45,309 nucleotides of DNA from a virus. Every line of letters begins with the position of its first letter. Within the stretch, counting starts at the first letter, position 1. The position numbers were made by a program, and so were the translations under genes. The notes under the pieces were generated by a model. It had not been told where the DNA came from, ran no database searches, and saw only the letters and a program-made list of their open reading frames with translations. Shown here in pieces: positions 14,631 to 22,326 of this stretch. The DNA lies in the IMG/VR virus record IMGVR_UViG_3300005294_000003, positions 1 to 45,309 of that record, one strand, 5' to 3'.

Positions 14631-14844
14631 CAAGCCTCTCTCCGAGATGTCAAATGATGAAATGCTAGCTGCAATTGAAGAACTACGTAGCAAGCGCGAA
14701 GCGTTGAGGGCCGAGGCCATAGCCAAAAAGAAACGTGAGACTGAAACCGGGGTTAAGGAACCAAAAACGCCCAGGGTTAAAACGCCTAAGGATGACCCAC
14801 TAGCCAACATTGCTAGAATGTTGTTGGAGGATAAAGATGAATGA
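14602..14844 (+). CDS. Hypothetical charged protein (80 aa; true start may be 14617 or 14647)
   Basis: ORF, Lys/Glu-rich helical; start uncertain because it overlaps 14478-14630. Confidence 0.4.
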   Translation: MRLKRMLLGSKPLSEMSNDEMLAAIEELRSKREALRAEAIAKKKRETETGVKEPKTPRVKTPKDDPLANIARMLLEDKDE

Positions 14845-15055
14845 ACATAATTGTTGTGGTCATGTATGTTGCCCTCATTGCCACGGTGAACGAACTAAAT
14901 GTGTCAGTATTACTCTACTTCCGAACGGTACTTGGAGAGTAGCAAATGAAGATAAACCACAACCAGTGACAGCAACTCATAATACACTACGGGATGCCAC
15001 CTGGGATCTCTGCACTCGTTTATTACCTGATCCATACAATGAGAGAAGTAAGTAA
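14837..15055 (+). CDS. Cys-rich protein (72 aa)
   Basis: GGAGG SD before ATG 14837; MNEHNCCGHVCCPHCHGERTKC. Confidence 0.45.
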   Translation: MNEHNCCGHVCCPHCHGERTKCVSITLLPNGTWRVANEDKPQPVTATHNTLRDATWDLCTRLLPDPYNERSK

Positions 15056-15147
15056 TGATTAGCAAAGAACTCTGGAAAGAAACAAAACGTGCTCTGGTTA
15101 TCGGCCTGGCCCTTGGTTGGATTCTTATTTTGGTACAAATACTATAA
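15055..15147 (+). CDS. Single-TM micro-protein (30 aa)
   Basis: TAATG overlap at both ends; ALVIGLALGWILILVQIL hydrophobic helix. Confidence 0.3.
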   Translation: MISKELWKETKRALVIGLALGWILILVQIL

Positions 15148-15296
15148 TGTTAAACGATAATATAGGGGAAACGCAGTTTCGTGAGATATTCGAGAAATGG
15201 GCAAAAAAACATGAAATAGTACGCCAAATCAGTATAGATGCAACAAATCCAATAAGTTTGGAGCTAATCAATGAACTCTACGATGATTTATCATGA
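15147..15296 (+). CDS. Small protein (49 aa)
   Basis: Start/stop overlaps with both neighbours. Confidence 0.3.
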   Translation: MLNDNIGETQFREIFEKWAKKHEIVRQISIDATNPISLELINELYDDLS

Positions 15297-16363
15297 TTGA
15301 CAAAGACCGCCAAATAATCTACGTAGACTATACAACATTGGCAGTGTTTAAGTCCTGCCGCAGAAAGTGTCAGCTAGGCCATGTCATAGGCTATCGCACC
15401 AGCGGCCATGATGCCGCTATAGATTTCGGTCACGCATGGCATGCGGCTATGGAAGCCTACTACGACAGTCAGGCAGGAGGCTTTCATTATCACGAGGATA
15501 ACGAGAACGAATTAGGTAAATTCCGCACACGCAAGTGGCAATTGTTTCCATCTGGCACAGTTATAAATCCTGTTAAACAGGCGCAAGCTGCATTTTTAGA
15601 TGATTTAAAAATCAATGAAGCCCAACTGCAAACCACCCTAGAGGGACCGGAGCGTCGGTCAGTTGAACGTGGTTTATTTATGATTGAAGCCTACACCGAC
15701 CGTTATCGTAACGAATTATACGAAAATATTTTGTGGCCGAGCGGTGAACCTATGACAGAACTAGGTTTCACCTTCCAAATTGCTCGTTATGAAAACTTCG
15801 ACATTGTTATGTGTGGTTTCATTGATCGCCTTATGCGTGCTGTAATGACTAAACGCCCGGTCCTTTTTGAGACAAAATCCACCATTTTCGCATTGTCACA
15901 ATTTATTAAACAAGTTAAACCAAACGATCAAATCACTACGTATTTTAAGCATATTCAAAACATAATGCCAGAAATCCGTGAGGCAATTTGGGATTGTATT
16001 TTTGTTTCAAGTCGCCAACCAGATATGTCTAAAGCTTTGAAAGATAGATATTGGATGTGGGGTATCGACAAAGATAAAGATTTTGTGAGGCAACCTACCT
16101 CGCGATCTCGCTCCGATATTGCAGAGTATATGATCGAAACAGAGGAATGGGCTCTAGAATATGCAAAGCATCTTATGAGTGGTAAGCAGTGGTGGAACAA
16201 AACTCCTAGTATGATGACTTGTCATTTCGGTAAAGGTTGCAGGTTTGTTGATGCTTGCAATCTAAATGACCAGGCCCGGTCTAATTTCCTAGAAGGAAGA
16301 TTCATTAAAAAGCCTTGGGAACCATTCAAAATGATACCAGGGACGGGGTGGTGGCAAGAATGA
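15293..16363 (+). CDS. PD-(D/E)XK nuclease, Cas4/RecB-like with Cys cluster (356 aa)
   Basis: GFIDRL ... FETKST (D...ExK), QITTYF (QxxxY), N-terminal Cys (SCRRKC) plus C-terminal CHFGKGCRFVDAC. Confidence 0.8.
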   Translation: MIDKDRQIIYVDYTTLAVFKSCRRKCQLGHVIGYRTSGHDAAIDFGHAWHAAMEAYYDSQAGGFHYHEDNENELGKFRTRKWQLFPSGTVINPVKQAQAAFLDDLKINEAQLQTTLEGPERRSVERGLFMIEAYTDRYRNELYENILWPSGEPMTELGFTFQIARYENFDIVMCGFIDRLMRAVMTKRPVLFETKSTIFALSQFIKQVKPNDQITTYFKHIQNIMPEIREAIWDCIFVSSRQPDMSKALKDRYWMWGIDKDKDFVRQPTSRSRSDIAEYMIETEEWALEYAKHLMSGKQWWNKTPSMMTCHFGKGCRFVDACNLNDQARSNFLEGRFIKKPWEPFKMIPGTGWWQE

Positions 16364-16545
16364 TTAAAGTAACTTACGGAGCAAAACCTGGGGTAGTTGT
16401 CATAACACATGATGGGCAGGGACGCGAGCCCATACAGATTTGGGATTCTATTGAGGTTTTTAATCTAATAAATGAGTTAACGGATGCATGGCGTAAGGCA
16501 TGGCCCAAAAGCGATTTGAGAGGAACGACCCCACATGAACAATAA
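16360..16545 (+). CDS. Hypothetical protein (61 aa)
   Basis: ATGA overlap with nuclease stop at 16360-16363. Confidence 0.4.
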   Translation: MIKVTYGAKPGVVVITHDGQGREPIQIWDSIEVFNLINELTDAWRKAWPKSDLRGTTPHEQ

Positions 16546-16681
16546 AGATAAATTAGCATTTCTACGTATACAGCTATATACAGCTGCTCAAACGTTGATT
16601 GATGAAGATGCAGAAGAATTTTGGAAGTTAATAGATGAAATGGAAGCTCTGCGCGAAATGCGCCATTTACGGAAACGATAA
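16535..16681 (+). CDS. Small helical protein (48 aa)
   Basis: TAATG overlap with the ATPase gene start at 16681. Confidence 0.3.
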   Translation: MNNKDKLAFLRIQLYTAAQTLIDEDAEEFWKLIDEMEALREMRHLRKR

Positions 16682-17505
16682 TGACAGACAATCCAAGCCC
16701 TAAAACCGTAATACTACAAGGCGAGCCCGGTACGGGTAAGTCTATGATGGCAGGTTTAACTGCCGTACACAAGCCAGTGCATTTCATGGATATTGACCGC
16801 AAGATACAAAGTGCAGGCTGGGCACGTGAAGCTATCGCCAAAGGCGAAATAACATATTGGGAGTTAAACGAACCAACTGACGAAGAAAATCTTAAATCTA
16901 GAATAACACAGTTAGCCAAAGGCGAGAAACTAACCAAGCCACCGCAGGGTTGGATTAAATTTGCAGAATACTATCATAAACTACCACAAGAACCTGCGGC
17001 CAAAGCGGCCGGGACTTGGGTTGTTGATTCTGCTACATTCCTAAACGAGCATATGAAATCCCAGATTATGTACCTTGCTGGCAAAAGCAAATATGAATGG
17101 GATCAATGGAATGCTCTTAAAATTGGTTGGCTAGACACTTTCGGTGTTATGCGTGATCTTGCAAAAGAGAATCACAAGGATTTAATAGTTACGGTTCATG
17201 AACGTGAAAAAGAAAAAGTAGGTGAGAAGTCTAGAGGCGTGACTTACGAAACTGACATACGTGGCAACCGCACAAGAATTGTTGGTGGGACTCAGGACCT
17301 TAAAATTTGGGCCTCTATAGACGGTGCATTTGGTGAGTTAATTGGGGCGCCGGCAGACGAATACTACTGGTTGCATGTAGTAATGGTTAATGGCAATCCT
17401 GTATGGAAATGTCGTGTTCATCCTGACGGTATGCGTGCACTTCGCACTAGTTTTGTAATAAAGGATGCTGAACAGGAGCCTGACTTTAGGAAGATTTGGA
17501 AATGA
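16681..17505 (+). CDS. RecA-fold ATPase, Sak4 / AAA_24-like (274 aa)
   Basis: Walker A VILQGEPGTGKSMMAG near N-terminus, Walker-B-like WVVDSA; size and neighbours (nuclease, DUF669-like) typical of Sak4 modules. Confidence 0.65.
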   Translation: MTDNPSPKTVILQGEPGTGKSMMAGLTAVHKPVHFMDIDRKIQSAGWAREAIAKGEITYWELNEPTDEENLKSRITQLAKGEKLTKPPQGWIKFAEYYHKLPQEPAAKAAGTWVVDSATFLNEHMKSQIMYLAGKSKYEWDQWNALKIGWLDTFGVMRDLAKENHKDLIVTVHEREKEKVGEKSRGVTYETDIRGNRTRIVGGTQDLKIWASIDGAFGELIGAPADEYYWLHVVMVNGNPVWKCRVHPDGMRALRTSFVIKDAEQEPDFRKIWK

Positions 17506-17756
17506 AAGAAGAAAATCGCCATAAAATACGTAAATTAGCTTCTATGCTAGCTGATCTGGCTATAAGACAAGCCAATGGCGATATGAAAAAGATAGATAGA
17601 TTATTGTCTAGATTAAAACACGAGCGGTTGAAACATAGACGTAGAAGAGGAGGTGATAACCCGACGCCGCCCTCTAGCATTGGCAAAGAGGGCAATAAAG
17701 GCGTTAGTAAGACTAGCGCCGCTAGTGCTGAAAGCAACCCTAATGAGCCATCGTAA
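17496..17756 (+). CDS. Arg-rich hypothetical protein (86 aa)
   Basis: ORF overlapping ATPase gene end; RLKHERLKHRRRRGG. Confidence 0.4.
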   Translation: MEMKEENRHKIRKLASMLADLAIRQANGDMKKIDRLLSRLKHERLKHRRRRGGDNPTPPSSIGKEGNKGVSKTSAASAESNPNEPS

Positions 17757-17844
17757 TATCCGACGTCGGGTTGCAGATGGACCGGGGCCTAGTACGCTTA
17801 ACGGCGCTAGTTTCTAAACCTTTAACCTCAATCGGAGACCAAAA

Positions 17845-18315
17845 ATGTCAGAAGATGGGATGATTCCAGTTGGTAGTGGTGACTTTCCAATCGACGTTCC
17901 CGCCCTCGAAGAGTCTGGTGTTTACACTGTCAGGTTGATGAAGGTGGCGTTGTCACCGAAACTTGACAAGCGTGATCTAATGTATTGTGCGTTGCAAACC
18001 GAGGTTGCCGAGGGTGACTACGAGGGTTACGTGTTGATGCGTAACTATCTACCGTTGCCAATCGCTGTTCCTGAATCAGCTAGTAAAGCTGCGAAGTTTC
18101 AGGCACAGCGAATCAGTGTAGACTTCGAGAGATTCTGCCAAGCTTTTAAGATCAAGAGTGCCATGCCTGTTGTTAAGGGAGTAAATGATACCGAAGGTAA
18201 GGCACTATGGCATGAATGGATCTCGCAGTTCTACGGAAACATCGGTAAGGTTACTATCCAAAACCAAGAGTTTCAGGGGCGTACACGCTCTGGAATTAAC
18301 GATTTCGTTCTGTAA
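17845..18315 (+). CDS. DUF669-like protein (possible ssDNA-binding partner of Sak4)
   Basis: GGAG SD; ESGVYTVRLMKVALSPKLDKRDLMYCALQTEVAEGDYEGYVLMRNYL matches the usual DUF669 N-terminal pattern (recollection). Confidence 0.55.
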   Translation: MSEDGMIPVGSGDFPIDVPALEESGVYTVRLMKVALSPKLDKRDLMYCALQTEVAEGDYEGYVLMRNYLPLPIAVPESASKAAKFQAQRISVDFERFCQAFKIKSAMPVVKGVNDTEGKALWHEWISQFYGNIGKVTIQNQEFQGRTRSGINDFVL

Positions 18316-18368
18316 CTCCCAGAGGCGGGCACCTACACCGCGTGCCGTACAATACGGCAAATAAGGGA

Positions 18369-18404
18369 GCGGCTAGCCTATAGTGGTAGATATAGGCTAG
18401 CCGT
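18369..18404 (+). terminator. Strong hairpin after the DUF669-like gene (terminator or processing site)
   Basis: ggctagcctata (18371-18382) / tataggctagcc (18391-18402), 12 perfect bp plus closing c-g; no clean T-run follows. Confidence 0.4.
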
Positions 18405-18428
18405 AATAAATTGAGAACAAGGAAAGCA

Positions 18429-18602
18429 ATGGCAAATATAGAGTTGGCCGAGGCTCAACTAGCTATCCTTCATAAAGTGAAACGTAGCATAGCACCATTA
18501 TGTGGTGTTTTGCCTTCGGCGAATATGCGTGACAAGGCTCGCAAGATTTATGATATTGCCAAACAGCTTGAAGAAGATATTAAGAAAGCTAATCCTGTTT
18601 GA
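18429..18602 (+). CDS. Hypothetical protein (57 aa from ATG 18429)
   Basis: AAGGA upstream of ATG; stop overlaps the polymerase TTG start (TTTGA). Confidence 0.4.
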   Translation: MANIELAEAQLAILHKVKRSIAPLCGVLPSANMRDKARKIYDIAKQLEEDIKKANPV

Positions 18603-20356
18603 TTTTCACAGACCAAAGAGTTAAAGCCTCCGGCCCACTAAATGCGCAATTAATGGCTATAGGCATGGCCCCGGCCAAATGGGAGTTAGCGGGTGGAAAG
18701 CCATTTAGCGGACCTTCTGGTAAAATATTTGATGAAGCGTTGTGGCAATCCAAGACTCCTCGTGATAAAGTCCGCGTCACTAATCTCGTTAACTTCTATA
18801 TCGACGATAACAATTTATATTCGGTTCCTAAAGAGGTTATGGATGCTGAAAGGGCGCGTGTCTTCGCAGAAATCGACGAAGTTAAACCAAACTGTTTGCT
18901 TATCATGGGCGGTGATACCCTGGACTTACTTACCGCCTCCAGAATCGAAACCTCAAAAAAAGGTAGCATTTATGCGGTTGGGTCTAAGGAAGGAGTGACG
19001 AAATGGCGCGGATCAATCATAACTATTTTAATGCCGTCCGGGAGATTGCAGAAATGCGTAGTGGCAATGCACCCAAGCAATTTTATCCGTGGTCAGTGGA
19101 AATGGCTGCCAATATACAAATACATAGATGTGCCAAGGGCTGTCACACAATCTTCATTTGCAGGCTTGAAGCTAACTCCACGGTCGGCGATAACTGGACC
19201 TTCGTTCCGTCAGGCGCGAGAGTGGCTCTTACATATGTTACAACAGGAATATGTGAGTATAGACTACGAGGGTTGGGAGCACATAACGTGTCTAGGGAGT
19301 GGTTCGACGGCAAACGAGGCATTATGCATACCACTAAACCGTGTTGGAAGCGCTTCTTATTGGGTGATCGCAGAAGAAATAGAATTATGGAAACTGTGGT
19401 CACAGTTATTACAAAGCCACAAGGTTAAAAAGGTTGGGCAAAATGCGTCTTTCGAATACATTAAAAGTTGGCTTTATGGTATTTATCCTACTGAATTTGC
19501 TCTCGATACTCTCTATATGCATCATTGCCTATATCCTGATTTTGGTGGCATTACAGACGAATGGTCTGGTCGTAAACGCGACATTGACAATCCTGGTCAT
19601 GGTCTCGCTTTTATTACTAGCCAATACACTGATCAACATTATTATAAAGATGACGGGCGTAATTGGACGCCTGCTTTAGGCGAAGAAAAATTTTGGCAAT
19701 ATAATTGCCTCGACGTTATGGTAACGTTTGAGGCCGCCATGAAAATGAAACTTGAATTAGAAAAAACTGGTTTATGGAAGACTTACGTGGAGATGTATCA
19801 GGAAGAACTCGAACACAATCTCCGTATGGAATGGAATGGCGTAGCCTTAGACGTTGAACGTCGTCAGGCGGCCGGTGTTACCATGTTAGCTGAGATTGCA
19901 GAAATAAGTCAGGCCATAAAGGCAGAGGTTGGATATGATAGAGTGGTTGCTAAAAGAGATTGGAAAACAGCGAAAGCCCCAGTCGGAGTCTTAAACCTAA
20001 GCTCACCAAAACAGATGCAATATTTTTTGTATGAACAACGAAGGCACAAACCAGTCTATAAAGTGGATAAAAGAACTAAACAACGAAAAATCACAACAGA
20101 CAAAGATGCCTTAAATAGCCTTGCCAGAAAGGACCCGGTGATTTATAAGATTATTAAAATGAAACAGATTCAAGACCTCAAAAATGATATTATAGATCAG
20201 CCGTTAGATGCCGAAGGCAGAATGCATTTCCATGTTAAAACTGGAGGGACAAATGGCACGCGCAAAAGCACGGCGGAAAGCATCCTCGGTAGCGGATTCA
20301 ACGCGCAAAATCTCCCAAGGCAAGGCATCGCAAGATCGCTCTTCCTTCCAAGTTGA
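18599..20356 (+). CDS. DNA polymerase family A, N-terminal fragment: UDG-family-4-like domain + 3'-5' exonuclease + first part of the polymerase domain (585 aa)
   Basis: UDG-like GMAPAKWELAGGKPFSGPSGKIFDEAL and AMHPSNF; exo motifs SIDYEG, GQNASFEY, YNCLDV; ends ...GFNAQNLPRQGIARSLFLPS, just before where motif A should follow. Confidence 0.85.
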   Translation: MIFTDQRVKASGPLNAQLMAIGMAPAKWELAGGKPFSGPSGKIFDEALWQSKTPRDKVRVTNLVNFYIDDNNLYSVPKEVMDAERARVFAEIDEVKPNCLLIMGGDTLDLLTASRIETSKKGSIYAVGSKEGVTKWRGSIITILMPSGRLQKCVVAMHPSNFIRGQWKWLPIYKYIDVPRAVTQSSFAGLKLTPRSAITGPSFRQAREWLLHMLQQEYVSIDYEGWEHITCLGSGSTANEALCIPLNRVGSASYWVIAEEIELWKLWSQLLQSHKVKKVGQNASFEYIKSWLYGIYPTEFALDTLYMHHCLYPDFGGITDEWSGRKRDIDNPGHGLAFITSQYTDQHYYKDDGRNWTPALGEEKFWQYNCLDVMVTFEAAMKMKLELEKTGLWKTYVEMYQEELEHNLRMEWNGVALDVERRQAAGVTMLAEIAEISQAIKAEVGYDRVVAKRDWKTAKAPVGVLNLSSPKQMQYFLYEQRRHKPVYKVDKRTKQRKITTDKDALNSLARKDPVIYKIIKMKQIQDLKNDIIDQPLDAEGRMHFHVKTGGTNGTRKSTAESILGSGFNAQNLPRQGIARSLFLPS

Positions 20357-20768
20357 AGTTAATTATGGTGTAGAAAAAAATAGTCAGGATGCATTTGTTG
20401 GGGAAATATTAAAAGAGAAATACCCCAATGGACATCCAAAGTTTGCAGAGTTTGGTTTGGACATGATTAAGCTCCATGATCGCAAAAACAAGAACTATGC
20501 TGGAGGCGGCTCCCCTCTTGGTAATTTTCATCGTGTAGCTAATATGATGCGTAGTTATCCAAATCTACGTCAAGGTGATCCAGCTACCGCAGTTATAGGA
20601 ATGGTTGTAAAACAAATCGACAATATACTATGGGCTATGAATACCGAGCGATTCTACTCAGAAACATCAGTTGATGAACATCTTGCAGATATCAGTGTTT
20701 ATATGACTATTCTACGTTGTTTGCGATCAGATAACCAGCCTCTAACAATGAAGGAGAATCTACAATGA
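20253..20768 (+). CDS. All-alpha NTP-pyrophosphohydrolase-like (MazG/DUF1599-like) protein inserted in the polymerase gene
   Basis: GGAGGG SD 4 nt before ATG 20253 (no other usable start with SD); LHDRKNKNYAGGGSPLGNF...VKQIDNILWAMN pattern; start overlaps polymerase fragment by 104 nt out of frame. Confidence 0.5.
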   Translation: MARAKARRKASSVADSTRKISQGKASQDRSSFQVEVNYGVEKNSQDAFVGEILKEKYPNGHPKFAEFGLDMIKLHDRKNKNYAGGGSPLGNFHRVANMMRSYPNLRQGDPATAVIGMVVKQIDNILWAMNTERFYSETSVDEHLADISVYMTILRCLRSDNQPLTMKENLQ

Positions 20769-21205
20769 AAACTTGGGAAAACCACGGCCGCATGGTAGGT
20801 GAAATTAAGAAGCCAGGTGTTCACGTCCTAGATAATTTAACACCAGAGCGTGTTGACTTATGGCATGCTGTAACAGGCGTTGTGACCGAGGCCGGCGAAT
20901 TAATGGATGCTGTTAAAAAGCTCGTTATCTATAACAAGCCTCTAGATTTAGAGAATGTAGTTGAAGAACTAGGTGATCTAGAGTTTTATCTAGAGCAGGT
21001 TAGACAAAATATTAGGGTGGGCCGGGCGATTATCCTTGAAAAGAATATGGAGAAACTTGGTAAACGGTATAGTGAAGGTTACAGTGACAAAGCTGCGCAG
21101 GAGCGGGCTGATAAACAAGGTTTATGTGGAAGGATGGATGCATTTAGCCCGTCAGGTTGCAAAAACGTAATACCATGTGCAGCTCACTCACTTAATGCTT
21201 CATAG
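20765..21205 (+). CDS. mazG: MazG-like nucleotide pyrophosphohydrolase (146 aa)
   Basis: TEAGELMDAVKK...VVEELGDLEFYLEQ...EKNMEKLGKRY (EExxE...ExxD pattern); ATGA overlap with upstream gene. Confidence 0.7.
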   Translation: MKTWENHGRMVGEIKKPGVHVLDNLTPERVDLWHAVTGVVTEAGELMDAVKKLVIYNKPLDLENVVEELGDLEFYLEQVRQNIRVGRAIILEKNMEKLGKRYSEGYSDKAAQERADKQGLCGRMDAFSPSGCKNVIPCAAHSLNAS

Positions 21206-21209
21206 TTAG

Positions 21210-21314
21210 ATGATATGTCTACGCTGTAGATTAGAAGTAATAGATGTTTGTTATAGATGCAAAACGTGCAAGAAATGCCACGATGATTTGGATACGAGGT
21301 TTCCATGTCATTAG
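21210..21314 (+). CDS. Doubtful 34-codon Cys-rich ORF in the gap before the second polymerase fragment
   Basis: MICLRCRLEVIDVCYRCKTCKKCHDDLDTRFPCH; overlaps ATG 21305; could be a relic rather than a gene. Confidence 0.2.
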   Translation: MICLRCRLEVIDVCYRCKTCKKCHDDLDTRFPCH

Positions 21315-22222
21315 CATTACCACGAGTCTGGTTGTTTGCAGACTACAACCAAGCGGAGTCTAGGGTTGTGGCATGGAAAGGCCCGGTCCCTAAACTTAAA
21401 CAACGTTATCAGGAAGGTGTAGATGTCCACTCTTACGTATGTAATCTCATTGCACGTGTCGTTCAAGAGAATAACATTAGCACACCCATCAATCCTGAAA
21501 CTGGAAAACGACTCTTTCGATGGAAAGATCATGGAACTTTTGGAAAGGGAGATGAAGAACGGGAGATTGCCAAACGTGCTGTGCATGCCGGTAATTACGG
21601 AGAAGGAGTTTCTAAATTTGCGTTACGCACTGGATTGGCCGAAGATTCAGCTGCTATCGTCAAAAAGATCTATGAAACTCTCTTCCCAGAAATTAAAACT
21701 AATTACCAAGCCTGGGTCGAGCGGTGCATACGCAAAAACAAAACAATCTGTACGCCCGAACCCGTTAAGTTCCGTAAAATCTTCTACGACATCGTCTCCG
21801 ACGATTTAATGAGACAGGCTTACGCCGCTTATCCACAATATACCATTGGGGCGATGCTCAATAGGACTATCAAAAAGTGTTGTAGAATCTTCATAGAAGA
21901 TACAACGGAATCATTAAAAGACCAATGGAAGGCATGGTACGGTGATGAGAATTGGGATAACTGGCGTCATCTACGTGATAGTGGTCTCCGTACTCCTCAG
22001 GCTATATTGTGGAGCGGGATGGATGTCCGTCTTAATATCCACGACGCTGGCGGTATCAGTATACCTAACGACCCTGATCTTATTCGATGGGCTGCAACAC
22101 GGTGGAAAGAAATAGCAGAAACACCTATCCAAGTCCACGAAAACGAAACGATGATTGTGCCAGTTGACTTCAAAACGGGGGCGACATGGGGTGCCGAGGA
22201 TCAGAAGGATTACAAATTATGA
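21305..22222 (+). CDS. DNA polymerase family A, C-terminal fragment (motifs A, B, C; 305 aa)
   Basis: GAGG SD; LFADYNQAESRV (motif A), RAVHAGNYGEGVSKFA (motif B), IHDAGG (motif C). Confidence 0.85.
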   Translation: MSLALPRVWLFADYNQAESRVVAWKGPVPKLKQRYQEGVDVHSYVCNLIARVVQENNISTPINPETGKRLFRWKDHGTFGKGDEEREIAKRAVHAGNYGEGVSKFALRTGLAEDSAAIVKKIYETLFPEIKTNYQAWVERCIRKNKTICTPEPVKFRKIFYDIVSDDLMRQAYAAYPQYTIGAMLNRTIKKCCRIFIEDTTESLKDQWKAWYGDENWDNWRHLRDSGLRTPQAILWSGMDVRLNIHDAGGISIPNDPDLIRWAATRWKEIAETPIQVHENETMIVPVDFKTGATWGAEDQKDYKL

Positions 22223-22320
22223 ATGGTTGGGAATTATATTGCTATATAGTAGGGTATATAGTAACAATAATAATTATAGTTTTCACAATAATAGGTGCAA
22301 TACGATATTGGACTGGCTAG
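22219..22320 (+). CDS. Hydrophobic micro-protein (33 aa)
   Basis: ATGA overlap with polymerase stop; YIVGYIVTIIIIVFTIIGAI. Confidence 0.3.
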   Translation: MNGWELYCYIVGYIVTIIIIVFTIIGAIRYWTG

Positions 22321-22326
22321 AAGTCT

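Noticed and set aside
16374-16937. 187-aa minus-strand ORF opposite the Sak4-like ATPase gene and small upstream ORFs
   Set aside because: It is antisense to a motif-supported gene (Walker A) in a uniformly plus-strand block. It has low-complexity Ser/Cys/Ile-rich composition and no SD, so it is a shadow ORF.
18693-19679. Plus-strand alternative-frame ORFs 18693-18998, 19003-19428 and 19434-19679, and minus ORF 19143-19403
   Set aside because: They are nested inside the polymerase N-fragment, whose frame carries the UDG-like and exonuclease motifs.
20357-21304. Intein or self-splicing intron as the cause of the polymerase split
   Set aside because: Fragment 1 ends in a stop codon and fragment 2 has its own SD and ATG. 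The insert encodes MazG-like proteins, not Hint/LAGLIDADG/GIY-YIG domains, and no Cys/Ser...HN splice-junction residues are present. A group I intron cannot be fully excluded without RNA data.
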